IMG/VR virus record: IMGVR_UViG_2936072512_000001 | Coordinates: 1-64,000 of that record | Source: a virus | Taxonomy: Duplodnaviria > Caudoviricetes | Reading direction: 5' to 3' (one strand) | Length of the DNA stretch: 64,000 nt | Shown: positions 38,193 to 47,133 of the stretch, piece after piece | Layout: each line of letters opens with the position of its first letter | Position numbering within the stretch: position 1 is the first letter of the stretch | The notes under the pieces: generated by a model | Told to the model about the DNA's origin: nothing | Seen by the model: the letters and a program-made list of their open reading frames with translations, nothing else | The model's database searches: none | Position numbers and translations under genes: made by a program

Positions 38193-38930
38193 ATGCCCCC
38201 CAAGAGCAAGCCCACCACCAGCAAGCCCGCCCCCGTGGAGCCGACCCCCGCCGTGCCCGCGCGGCTCACCGTGGCGGAGATCAAGGCCGTGTTCATCGGC
38301 TTCCTGTCGTGGCTCTGCACCATGGCCGACGGCACCGTGAAGTCTCCCGTCATGCTCCCTTCCGGGCTCACGGCGGACGGCAGCAAGAACAGCCCACAGC
38401 GACTCGCCTACCGGTGCGACGGTGCCCGCGTGTCCATCGCGGGCATGGTCGGCGCGCAGCGTCACGGCTGGACCATGGCCGCGAAGTCGTGGCCGGTCAT
38501 CGGTCGTCTCTCCGCTGGTGAGGTCGAGGCCGCAGGGCTGTTGGCCCTGGTCTACGGCACCGAAGTGGAGCCGTTCACGCTCGACATCCTGACCAGCACC
38601 GGCCACACCGATGGGGCGCTGATCGGTGCGCTCTGGCAGGCGAGCCGCGATGACGTGGCCAACCCTGTCGCGACCCTGGTTGCCGCCCTGGCACCCAAGG
38701 TCAAGGCCGAGTCCGGTCCCAAGGTGACCCTGTCGGACGCAGAACAGCAGACCATCAAGGCCCTGCTCGGACTGCCCGTCGACCACCCGATGCACGCTTC
38801 GGGACTCGACTCGCTGACCGCCGAAGCGCAAGAGGTCTACAAGGCGCGACGTGCCTCGAAGGACGCTAAGGCCGCGATCAGGGCCGCCGCTGAAGCCGCG
38901 CAGGCCGACCAGCAGAACGACCAGGCGTAA
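38193..38930 (+). CDS. hypothetical protein
   Basis: AAGGAG RBS. Confidence 0.75.
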   Translation: MPPKSKPTTSKPAPVEPTPAVPARLTVAEIKAVFIGFLSWLCTMADGTVKSPVMLPSGLTADGSKNSPQRLAYRCDGARVSIAGMVGAQRHGWTMAAKSWPVIGRLSAGEVEAAGLLALVYGTEVEPFTLDILTSTGHTDGALIGALWQASRDDVANPVATLVAALAPKVKAESGPKVTLSDAEQQTIKALLGLPVDHPMHASGLDSLTAEAQEVYKARRASKDAKAAIRAAAEAAQADQQNDQA

Positions 38931-38937
38931 CGCCTGA

Positions 38938-38976
38938 GGCCGGTACCCGCCCGACCGAAACAGGCGGGTACCGGCC
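38938..38976 (+). terminator. stem-loop
   Basis: GGCCGGTACCCGCC...GGCGGGTACCGGCC. Confidence 0.6.
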
Positions 38977-39011
38977 CCACTTCCCCCGATCGTACCTAGC
39001 AGGGAGCAACC

Positions 39012-39698
39012 ATGCTGATCACTGCCAAGCATCCGCAGGCAATCCAGGCAGCCAAGGACGCAGCCAACGCGCGGGAGACCCGAAACGCGCACCACGACGC
39101 GTGCCCCAAGTGCGCGCACCGGGCCAACCGTTCTCAGGCGTGCCCTCTGGGAAAGATCATTCTGGACACCGTGTCGAGGCTGGAGAGCCAAGCGCGTGAC
39201 ACGCTCACGGCCTACCTGCCTCCGGGCACGCCCGTCTACTACCGGCTGGGCAAGTGGACCGTTCGGGGCCTGTCGAGTAGGGCACCTTCGGAGGGCTACC
39301 GGCTCGAAGCGCTGGAGGGCGGGTTCGCGCGGCTTGCCCTGGTCGAGGACGTCACGCCGCGCGACGGAGTAGGCGAGCATGAGCGCATCTCGGCCGTGCG
39401 CTCGACGGCGTTCGCCCTACAGTCGGCGCTCCGGAAGTGCGGCGTACGCGCCACCCTGACCGCGCGGTGGCTCCCTGACGGGGTCGGCGTTGACGTGCAG
39501 GTGATGATCGGAGAGCTGTCGCAGGACGCGCCGGAGTGGGCGCGCCAGTACTGGGCATCGCTCCACAGCATGGCCACGCGCCTGCCCGCCCTGGCGCGCG
39601 TGTCCACATCACCGGCCACGTTCGCCAAAATCGCGGGCGCGGCTCAACGGCTGAGAATCCAGGCCGACAAGATGGACCGCCTGTCACGCGCTGAGTGA
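39012..39698 (+). CDS. hypothetical protein
   Basis: AGGGAG RBS; N-terminal H..CPKC..C. Confidence 0.7.
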   Translation: MLITAKHPQAIQAAKDAANARETRNAHHDACPKCAHRANRSQACPLGKIILDTVSRLESQARDTLTAYLPPGTPVYYRLGKWTVRGLSSRAPSEGYRLEALEGGFARLALVEDVTPRDGVGEHERISAVRSTAFALQSALRKCGVRATLTARWLPDGVGVDVQVMIGELSQDAPEWARQYWASLHSMATRLPALARVSTSPATFAKIAGAAQRLRIQADKMDRLSRAE

Positions 39699-39705
39699 CC
39701 GCCCC

Positions 39706-39740
39706 GAAGCCGCGCGACCGAACCCCGGTCGCGCGGCTTC
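39706..39740 (+). terminator. stem-loop
   Basis: GAAGCCGCGCGACC...GGTCGCGCGGCTTC. Confidence 0.6.
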
Positions 39741-39844
39741 CGCATGCCGGGGGTACCCCCCTGCCTGGCGGCCGGCAGGGGCCGCCCCGCTCTTCTTTGT
39801 CCGCGAAAGTTTTTGATCTTGTTAGGGTGTGCGGGGGAGGTGTT

Positions 39845-40567
39845 GTGTCTGGTTGTGTGTGTGTTGGCCCGTGTAACAGGGTGTCGCGTGAGGCGTGGGC
39901 GGTGTTTTTGGGGGCTCGCGAGGTGCATGCGGGGGCTGTTGATCGGTGGGTGGGTGGGGGTTGTCGGGGTTCGATTCCTGCTGAGCCGGTGGAGCCTGCT
40001 GTGGAGTGGCGGGTGGGTGAGCCGCTGGTGTGTGGGCGGTGTCGGGGGTCGGTGCGGCGGGCGCTGCTTGAGGTGGATGTGTTGGCGGCGCGGTTGCGTG
40101 CGGAGTCGGAGGGTCTGGGGGCTCAGACGAGGCAGTCGCGGGTGTCGGGGTCGAGGCCTAAGCCTGTGGTGTCGCCGGTGGGGGATCTGCTGGATGAGCT
40201 GACGGGCGAGCTGTTGTGGTTGGAGGACGAGGCTCGCGCCGGGCTGGGCGTGGCGGGTCGTGCTCCTGGTGCTCGTGGTGCGCTGGCCAGGTCGAGGGCG
40301 ATCTCGTGGCTGGTGGAGGAGGGCCGCCTGGAGGTGGTGCTCGCGGTGGAGGCGGTCGCGGAGCCGCTGGTGGTGGCGGCGCTCGGCTGGGAGTCGAAGT
40401 TGCGGCGGGCGCTGGGGGAGACGCCGGGGTGGTCGCCGGCGCGGTGCGTGTGCGGGGCGCGGCATCTCGCCTGGGACGCGAAGGTGGGGTTCTTCGTGTG
40501 CGGCGAGTGCGGTCGGCACGTGTCGGAGGTGGAGGAGCGCGGCCTGGTCGTTGAGGAGGCCGGGTAG
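39845..40567 (+). CDS. Zn-ribbon protein, possible antiterminator/late regulator
   Basis: GGAGGTG RBS; CxGPCN, CGRC, RCVCG..VCGECG; function inferred. Confidence 0.6.
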   Translation: MSGCVCVGPCNRVSREAWAVFLGAREVHAGAVDRWVGGGCRGSIPAEPVEPAVEWRVGEPLVCGRCRGSVRRALLEVDVLAARLRAESEGLGAQTRQSRVSGSRPKPVVSPVGDLLDELTGELLWLEDEARAGLGVAGRAPGARGALARSRAISWLVEEGRLEVVLAVEAVAEPLVVAALGWESKLRRALGETPGWSPARCVCGARHLAWDAKVGFFVCGECGRHVSEVEERGLVVEEAG

Positions 40568-40568
40568 G

Positions 40569-41330
40569 TCACACGCACTCGGCGACCTTCCGGCTCTCAG
40601 TTTCCTGGGAGAACCAAACTCCGTAGTCGAGCACCTCAGCCCCCCATTCGTTGAATGACACACGGCGGGCAGGCTCGCCTCCTCTCTCAATGCTCCAGAG
40701 TTGATCGTCGAGAGGATGGCTGTGCCGCAGCTCGAGGCTGAAGTCCGGGGGGTTGTCTTCGAAGGCGATGAGCTCTACCCGGAATTCACCTTCCGAGCAG
40801 GGGGGGAGTTCTAACCAATAGCTCACGTGCATGATCCTTCCTGCACCCTCGCTCGGAATGCTGGTGAATTGGGCGACGGCCATGGTGGAAAGTGTGTTCG
40901 CGTTTCTGATGGTGAAGAGATACGGGCCGCGCCCTCTTGACCTCGGCGCGGACGATGTCACTCGGCGAGCGAACTGCACGAGGTGGTCCATGCGCTGTTG
41001 TTCGTCGATCTGGGCAGCTTTCTCCGAAGCGGAGTATGCCAATGTGGCGACGATCACTGCGGCGACGGTGGCGAGCGCGGTAATGATCGTGCCCCATCGG
41101 ATCGCTCGCCCTTCACGAGGCCGACGATGCTCGTCTGCTCGACGACGTTTCCGATAGGCGCGTTCGGCCGCTAACCGCGTACTCTTCGGCGAAGATCTCG
41201 GCGGCTGCAGGCGAACTCGGGCGGGCCGTAGACGTGTCTCCGGTTTCTGCGCGGGTGGGGCGGGTTCGGAAACGGGGTCGAGCTGGTTGGCGAGGTGGCG
41301 GAAGATCCGAGCGAGGCGCGGATGTGGCAT
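40569..41330 (-). CDS. single-TM membrane protein (antisense accessory)
   Basis: central TM, lower GC. Confidence 0.6.
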   Translation of the reverse strand: MPHPRLARIFRHLANQLDPVSEPAPPAQKPETRLRPARVRLQPPRSSPKSTRLAAERAYRKRRRADEHRRPREGRAIRWGTIITALATVAAVIVATLAYSASEKAAQIDEQQRMDHLVQFARRVTSSAPRSRGRGPYLFTIRNANTLSTMAVAQFTSIPSEGAGRIMHVSYWLELPPCSEGEFRVELIAFEDNPPDFSLELRHSHPLDDQLWSIERGGEPARRVSFNEWGAEVLDYGVWFSQETESRKVAECV

Positions 41331-41639
41331 ATGTCCATGATGCTCAAGCTGACTGACTGGCCGCAGGAAGATGATCGAGGAGACCCCGGCTAAGTTCGAG
41401 TTGGTGGTGAGGTCGGCGTTCCATCGCGCGTGCGGGCCGAGTCGCGTCGGTCGGTCGGTGACACGCTCGCTTTCCAGATTTTTGTTCTGTAAGTGCCTGA
41501 TGACTTGCAGGAACTACTGATTCTCGCAAGTAACTTCTGTGATCTTGAAAAGGTAGGCCTGAGGGCCTTCTAACCCTTGATAACAGTCATTATCGCAGTC
41601 TAGGACATAGATCATCTCCGAGACCGTTGAAGGAGAGAC

Positions 41640-41909
41640 ATGCTCCCTCGCGTGTACGTCAAGCGCTCCACGACGGTGCGCGCGGTACGGCTCGCCACCG
41701 ACAACCACGACGACGTCATCGCCTGGCTGGCCGAGCACAACGTCGCCGCCGAGCGGTCATGGACCGGACGGCCAGGCCTGGTGATCACCTACTGCAGCGG
41801 CGTCACCTGGTGGCTCGACGTGGGGGAGTGGGTCATGGTCGACGGCGACGGCCAGGCGGACGTGATGGTCGACGAGAAGTTCGTCGACGCCTATGAGGAG
41901 GTCGGATGA
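41640..41909 (+). CDS. hypothetical phage protein
   Basis: AAGGAG RBS. Confidence 0.7.
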   Translation: MLPRVYVKRSTTVRAVRLATDNHDDVIAWLAEHNVAAERSWTGRPGLVITYCSGVTWWLDVGEWVMVDGDGQADVMVDEKFVDAYEEVG

Positions 41910-42193
41910 ACCCGAACGACGACAGACCCGTGATCGCCGACGCGAGCTCGACGCCGGCGCGGCCGCGGTGGCGCATCCTGCTCGAAGCCGGGTCGCTCCA
42001 TCTCGGCGGCACGTGGCTGCACGAGTGCCGGAAGCCGGACTGCGACCGGGCGGTGCCGGTGAACGTGCTGTTCTGCTGCCCGGCGTGCAGCACGGCCGAC
42101 GCCGGACGCTACGAGCTTGACGCGCACTCGGGCGGGTGCGACGAGACGTGGGTGGAGCGACAGCGGCAAAGTCGCCTGCTGGGCCTGGAGTAG
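41906..42193 (+). CDS. Cys-rich hypothetical protein
   Basis: GGAGG RBS, ATGA overlap. Confidence 0.6.
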   Translation: MNPNDDRPVIADASSTPARPRWRILLEAGSLHLGGTWLHECRKPDCDRAVPVNVLFCCPACSTADAGRYELDAHSGGCDETWVERQRQSRLLGLE

Positions 42194-42203
42194 GAGGACC
42201 TCG

Positions 42204-42482
42204 GTGACCATCACGCCGACGCGCCGCGTGCACACGCTGACCCGGCGCCGCTACCGCAAGGAAGGCAAGGACGCGCACCTGATGGCATGCGACCAGCTCC
42301 GGGCGACAGAGATGCAGATCAGCGACGGCTTCTGGGAGTGCGACTGCCCGTACGGCTGCGAGTACGTCCGGTTCGAGGCCGTGATGCGGTGCCGCCACGG
42401 CCACGAGGACCTGTTCATGTGGGGCCAGTTCGGTACGAGCGACCTCGTGCTGGCGGAGATCGCGAAGGGCGGGAAGCGGTGA
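42204..42482 (+). CDS. Cys-containing hypothetical protein
   Basis: AGGAGG RBS. Confidence 0.6.
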   Translation: MTITPTRRVHTLTRRRYRKEGKDAHLMACDQLRATEMQISDGFWECDCPYGCEYVRFEAVMRCRHGHEDLFMWGQFGTSDLVLAEIAKGGKR

Positions 42483-42955
42483 ACGAGCTGGTGGAGTTCA
42501 TGAAGGTCCGCCTCGACGAGGAGGAGCGGGCGGCGCTGGCGTGGCCGGAGGACCAGCGAACCTGGAAGGCGGTGGGCGGCAAGAGCACGATCCGCTACAG
42601 CAACGGCCGCTCGGAGAACTTCCGCGTCATCGATGTCGCCGGGGACGGCTTCCTCGGCTGGGATCGCATCATGGTCGCTCGCGACCTCGGCGGCCTGGTC
42701 GAGCACATCGCCGTCCACGACCCCGCGCGCGTGCTGCGTGAAGTGGCGGCGAAGCGGAAGCTGCTCGCCGACTACGAGCACACGGTGAGGCTGCGCGACG
42801 AGGCCGCGGCCCGGGTGGAGGACGTTGAAGAGGGTCCGATGACGAGGGACTTCATGGTGTGGGAGAACGCAGTGCGCGAGGTGGCGCTGTTGGAACGGTG
42901 GTTGGAGCAGCTGGCCGCGCCGTACCTGCAGGCCGAGGGCCAGCGCGGTGAGTGA
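42479..42955 (+). CDS. DUF6221 family protein
   Basis: LVEFMKVRLDEEE...HIAVHDPARVLREVAAKRKLL. Confidence 0.75.
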   Translation: MNELVEFMKVRLDEEERAALAWPEDQRTWKAVGGKSTIRYSNGRSENFRVIDVAGDGFLGWDRIMVARDLGGLVEHIAVHDPARVLREVAAKRKLLADYEHTVRLRDEAAARVEDVEEGPMTRDFMVWENAVREVALLERWLEQLAAPYLQAEGQRGE

Positions 42956-43334
42956 CCTCGTCGGCTTCCTGCGGGACCAGCTTGACGAGGAGGAGCGCGA
43001 CGCGGGACTAGCCATGGCCGCTCTCCTGCCGGCGCGCATGCTGACCGGGGGCGAGCAGGTGACGGTGCCTGTCGAGCGGGTGCTGCGACAGCTCCCGAAG
43101 GAGCTGGCGCAGCACATCGCACGGCATGACCCGCCCGCGGTGCTGGCGGACGTCGCGTCGAGGCGGCAGATCCTCGCCGACCACCGTATGACGCAGGCCG
43201 AGGCCGTGACCGAGGACGACTCCCTGTTCTGGGAGGAGTGCCGCGAGTGCGGGGGCGAGTGGCCGTGCCGTACGGTGCGCAGGCTGGCGGCCAGGTATGA
43301 GCGCCTGCCCGGGTTCAAGGACGAGTGGCGATGA
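42948..43334 (+). CDS. DUF6221 family protein, tandem paralog
   Basis: LVGFLRDQLDEEE...HIARHDP..VLADVASRRQIL...PGFKDEWR. Confidence 0.75.
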   Translation: MSDLVGFLRDQLDEEERDAGLAMAALLPARMLTGGEQVTVPVERVLRQLPKELAQHIARHDPPAVLADVASRRQILADHRMTQAEAVTEDDSLFWEECRECGGEWPCRTVRRLAARYERLPGFKDEWR

Positions 43335-43359
43335 GCGAGCCACTGCCCGCGATCAGACG

Positions 43360-43373
43360 TAGCGTTTCCGCTA
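43360..43373. promoter_or_regulatory. TAGCG-N4-CGCTA palindrome
   Basis: CG-TAGCGTTTCCGCTA-GGT. Confidence 0.7.
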
Positions 43374-43659
43374 GGTGTTGCGCCAGGTCAGCAGGTGTGT
43401 CACACTTCCTGCCAGCGGTCCCCGTGTGTCTTCCGGCAGGCCGCTGACCTGGGGTAAGGCGGGAGAGCCGTTCGCGCGAGGGCGGCTCCCCACCGCCTTC
43501 CAGCGAAGCGAAGCGCTGAGATCCATTCTGAGACGTCGATTCGCGCGCCTATCCGATCACCTTCACGCGGTTCTGATCGCGTCACAGCGTGGACTACAGC
43601 GCTCCGCTTCAAGGTCCTGTCAGGTCCGGAATCGCCTCATACGAGTGCTTTCGCACGGA

Positions 43660-43926
43660 ATGCGAGGTGAGGCGATCCCGCCGCACCCGACGCCCGTCAC
43701 CGCCGCCCAGGCCGCCGAACGGCTCGAGCGGACGCCCGCCACGATCCGCCAGTGGGCGATCAGGTATGGCGCCCGCCAGCTCGGCCGCGCCGGCCGGGAG
43801 ACCGTCTACGACTACGCCGACCTGGCGTCGATCGAGGCGTGCATCTGGCGGGGCGAACCGGTCCCACCGACGCCCGCGGACCGCGACGACCTACGCGCCC
43901 AGCTTGTCTGGGAGGCAGCAGCATGA
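43660..43926 (+). CDS. HTH DNA-binding protein
   Basis: TAAQAAERLERTPATIRQWA; start uncertain. Confidence 0.6.
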   Translation: MRGEAIPPHPTPVTAAQAAERLERTPATIRQWAIRYGARQLGRAGRETVYDYADLASIEACIWRGEPVPPTPADRDDLRAQLVWEAAA

Positions 43927-44053
43927 CCGAGCCGAGATCGTTCAGGGCTGCGTGAGGCAAGGGTTTCGGTTGCGGCTGACCACGCCAAGCATGGGACCGA
44001 ATTAGGTATCGACCGCCACCCTTGCGCTGACCTGGGCAAACGTCTCGGCTCAC

Positions 44054-44081
44054 ACCAGACAGTCCCTGCATTCTGTCTGGT
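44054..44081. promoter_or_regulatory. inverted-repeat operator
   Basis: ACCAGACAG-N10-CTGTCTGGT upstream of the HTH gene. Confidence 0.45.
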
Positions 44082-44130
44082 ATAGCGCTGGGCTCGTCAT
44101 GCCCATACAACTGACTCGAAGGAACCCCTC

Positions 44131-44343
44131 ATGATCCACGTGAAGAGACAGGTCCGCATCGCCGGTGCCGAGCGCGTCGCTCTCGCCCAGGCCGTCCGCG
44201 AGCAGTACGAAGCCGGGCAGACGATCCGCGACATCGCCACGGCGATCGGCCGCTCGTACGGCTTCGTCCACCAGCTGCTGCGCGAGGCCGAGGCCGAGGT
44301 GCGCGGCCACGGCGGCACGCGCAGTGCGGTGGCGAGCCAGTAA
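44131..44343 (+). CDS. small actinobacterial HTH protein
   Basis: YEAGQTIRDIATAIGRSYGFVHQLL. Confidence 0.85.
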   Translation: MIHVKRQVRIAGAERVALAQAVREQYEAGQTIRDIATAIGRSYGFVHQLLREAEAEVRGHGGTRSAVASQ

Positions 44344-44462
44344 AGCGGAAAGCCCCGAACCCGTGAGGGGCCGGGGCTTCGCTCGCACGAACTCTGAGCC
44401 AGTTACGTGATGCCCGGACGCTACACGGGATGATCGCGAACGGCAACAAACCGGACAGACGA

Positions 44463-45038
44463 TCACGGCACGAGCAGGTTGATCGCCACGCCGATCGGGA
44501 TGGACACCAGCACGCCGAAGGCGAAGAACGTCCACTGCTGGCGCTTCCCGGCCGCGACGTTGGCGTCGATGACCGTCTGGGCCGCCCCGGCCATGAGGGC
44601 TTGGATCTTCTCAGCCTGTTCTTGGTTCACTTCAAGCATGCGCTGCTGTTCGGCAGAACGTCGAGCCAGCTCCTCGTTGGCCACCTGCTGTGCGTGTAGT
44701 TCACGAGTCAGTTCGTCCATCAGCTCTGCAGTTTGCTGCAGAGACGTTGTGATCTTGGAGCTCAGGTCGCGCAGGCGCACTCCGGGAACACCCGCAAGGA
44801 CCTTGACGGCATCCTCGTATGCCGAGCGCTGCGACCGGTAGTTGTCGCGGATGATGAGTGTGAGACCTCCCACGACTATGGCAGCGAGGGTCGCCCACTC
44901 CACCCAATCCGGAGTCACCGTGATTAAGAGCCCCAAGGCAAAGAGGACTGGTATGGCGAGCAGCATGCCTGCGCCAATGCCAGCAAGCGAGCGAAGCGTG
45001 AACTTGAGCGGAGGAGGCGGGGGCTGGGGCGTCGGCAT
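44463..45038 (-). CDS. membrane protein with coiled coil (antisense accessory)
   Basis: 2 TM, coiled coil, C-terminal TM. Confidence 0.65.
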   Translation of the reverse strand: MPTPQPPPPPLKFTLRSLAGIGAGMLLAIPVLFALGLLITVTPDWVEWATLAAIVVGGLTLIIRDNYRSQRSAYEDAVKVLAGVPGVRLRDLSSKITTSLQQTAELMDELTRELHAQQVANEELARRSAEQQRMLEVNQEQAEKIQALMAGAAQTVIDANVAAGKRQQWTFFAFGVLVSIPIGVAINLLVP

Positions 45039-45165
45039 GCCCGCCATCCTGCCGGATAAGCATGATCGTGAAGGGCGTTGATCTCTGGTCGTAATCGAGG
45101 CTAAGCCTACGGATTGCGGTGGTACGGTCACGATCGAATGTCCCCTCGCGAATCGGACAAAGATC

Positions 45166-45618
45166 ATGAGCGACACCCTGATCGTCTCGCCCCCACGCCT
45201 GCCTGGCTACCTCGCCGAGATCGAGGTCGCCGACTGGTCCCTCCACCTTCGACGCGTCGATGTGTCGAACCTGGCGGCGGTCCTCGACAACCTCGACACC
45301 GGGCACCCCGGCGGCTCGATCCTCCTCGATGGCGATGGCGACGAGGAACTGGTGCTCACCGTCGCTCTGCGTCCAGGCGAGGCCATCCTTCGTGTCGAGC
45401 GCGACGGCGAATGGGACCCGAACCACGCCGTTCTCGACGCGGCAGCGTGCGAGAACGCTCGCACGGCCCTCCGCGCCGCCATCGCCGCCGACAGGGCCGC
45501 ATCAGCCGGTGACCCGATTCCTCCGGGCGTACAGGTCGCCCTCGACGCCAGGGAAGTCATCATGGACACGATGCGCCGCGAGCTGGAGGAATACCGGAGG
45601 GGCGGGCACGGTGACTGA
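45166..45618 (+). CDS. hypothetical protein
   Basis: typical codon usage. Confidence 0.6.
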   Translation: MSDTLIVSPPRLPGYLAEIEVADWSLHLRRVDVSNLAAVLDNLDTGHPGGSILLDGDGDEELVLTVALRPGEAILRVERDGEWDPNHAVLDAAACENARTALRAAIAADRAASAGDPIPPGVQVALDAREVIMDTMRRELEEYRRGGHGD

Positions 45619-45786
45619 GCACGTGGTCTCCACGCTGCCCGCCCGCAAGATGGACGCCCATACCCCGTTCTTCCGCTGGGCCTGCTCGTGCGGCGACCGA
45701 GGCACCAGCACCTTCGGCTACGTCGGCCAGGCCGAGCGGGCCGGCCGCGACCACGCCGCGGCGAAGGCCGAGCTGGAGCGTCTGCG

Positions 45787-46121
45787 TCAGGTGGAGAAGT
45801 CGAGCGGGTCAGGGACGGGACACCCGTCGCCGCAGGTCCGCATCGAGATCGGGTTGTAGCGGAACCAGGACTGGTGGTTGTGCATCCAGTCGGGGAGTGC
45901 CACTCGATCAGGCACTCCCATTCGCCTCCTGGCGGCCGCCGCCACACCCGCAGGATCGCGTGCCTGACCTGGCCGTCTTCGTAGAGCACATCTACGACCT
46001 GGCGCGGGTTGACGGCCTTCTGCTCTCCGGTGCCGCCGCTGGCGTCCTCCAGCATCGGGCGGGCGAACCGGTGCCACCGCGAACACGCTGCCGAGTAACG
46101 CATCCGGCCATTATCGAACAT
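45787..46121 (-). pseudogene. probable frameshifted small gene
   Basis: MFDNGRM...CLIEWHSP continues as DWMHNHQSWFRYNP in another frame across a C4 run near 45891. Confidence 0.45.
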
Positions 46122-46129
46122 GCTTTCGC
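46114..46129. promoter_or_regulatory. LexA (SOS) box-like site
   Basis: TCGAACATGCTTTCGC vs actinobacterial TCGAAC-N4-GTTCGA, 2 mismatches. Confidence 0.4.
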
Positions 46130-46136
46130 GCCTCTG

Positions 46137-46730
46137 CTACTCGGCCAAGGCCTTCTCTAGCCGAGACAGAAGCTGTTCTAGGTGGCTTGGGCAAGGCGCG
46201 AAAAGTGGACCCATGGCTCGCCTCTTGTCCGGAGGCATGGTTCGCACCTCTCTCAGCATCCTGTGGAGCTCGTTGACTGTCACCTGGGTCTGCCATGTAC
46301 GGAACACGTCGTGATCGGCGGTGAACTTATCCCGATCCAGAAGCAGGATCCTGTCGATCGAGACCCACTCGCGGGACGGTACGTGATGCCCGGTATCTGC
46401 GGGAGTTGGCTCAGGAACCGATTCTAGAGATCGGAACAGACGCAGCTTCTGCCTCATGGCCGCCCAGGTGTGGCGGGCCCGCCTGCCTGTCAGCACCGCG
46501 ACCCCGCACACGAGAAATCCGATGGCTGTGGCCAGCTTGAAGAGCTTGCCGGGCCGGTCGTTGATCAGCGCGATCCACTCTTCCGCGCGACCGGCAGCGT
46601 CGTCGGGATCGCAGGATTGCAGGTAGGCGGCGCGCCGTATCAGCTTGCGGGCCAACCAGGGCGAGATGTCGCAGCTCTCGTTGACGATCAGCCCGAGCAC
46701 GACTCCGAGGATGATCTCTCGGCTACTCAA
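46137..46730 (-). CDS. membrane protein coupled to padR
   Basis: TTGA overlap with padR; TM segments; RAEEWIA motif. Confidence 0.65.
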   Translation of the reverse strand: MSSREIILGVVLGLIVNESCDISPWLARKLIRRAAYLQSCDPDDAAGRAEEWIALINDRPGKLFKLATAIGFLVCGVAVLTGRRARHTWAAMRQKLRLFRSLESVPEPTPADTGHHVPSREWVSIDRILLLDRDKFTADHDVFRTWQTQVTVNELHRMLREVRTMPPDKRRAMGPLFAPCPSHLEQLLSRLEKALAE

Positions 46731-47092
46731 CGGGTACCGCCAGCCAGGAGGCCGAGCAGCCACGTCAGTGGCGCAAATCCCAGGGTCGGCCTTGGCGTCA
46801 GCGCTGCGGGACGGCGCTGCGTGAGCAGTGCACGAGCGGCGGGGATGCCTTCGCCGGTGAGCGAGTAGTAGCGGCGGCGGGGGCCGGGGTTGTCGGGTTC
46901 GAGCTCTTCCCAGCGTCGTTCGATCCATCCGGCTTCGTGGAGCCGGTCGAGGGCGCGGTAGACCGTGGGGCCGTTGCGCTTGGTGGCCTTGATGATGGCC
47001 CAGCCGTGCAGCTCTTCGTTCTGCTGGTGCGCTCGGAGGAGCGCTTCCAGGACGTCGAGGGTGGGTCCGGTGACCCGTTCGATCCCTGCCAT
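46727..47092 (-). CDS. padR: PadR family transcriptional regulator
   Basis: LHGWAI...GPTVYRALDRLHEAGWI..W.....PRRRYYSLTGEG. Confidence 0.88.
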   Translation of the reverse strand: MAGIERVTGPTLDVLEALLRAHQQNEELHGWAIIKATKRNGPTVYRALDRLHEAGWIERRWEELEPDNPGPRRRYYSLTGEGIPAARALLTQRRPAALTPRPTLGFAPLTWLLGLLAGGTR

Positions 47093-47101
47093 GCCTCTAT
47101 C

Positions 47102-47113
47102 GTACCTAGGTAC
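47102..47113. promoter_or_regulatory. perfect palindrome overlapping the padR -10, probable operator
   Basis: GTACCTAGGTAC; minus-strand TACGAT about 6 nt before the ATG. Confidence 0.55.
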
Positions 47114-47133
47114 ATTAAGGAGTGCGCGGGGAT

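Noticed and set aside
45857-45867. Half-sites of the palindrome (also 4465, 37437, 56488, 59175)
   Set aside because: Only one arm matches; compatible with chance or coding constraint
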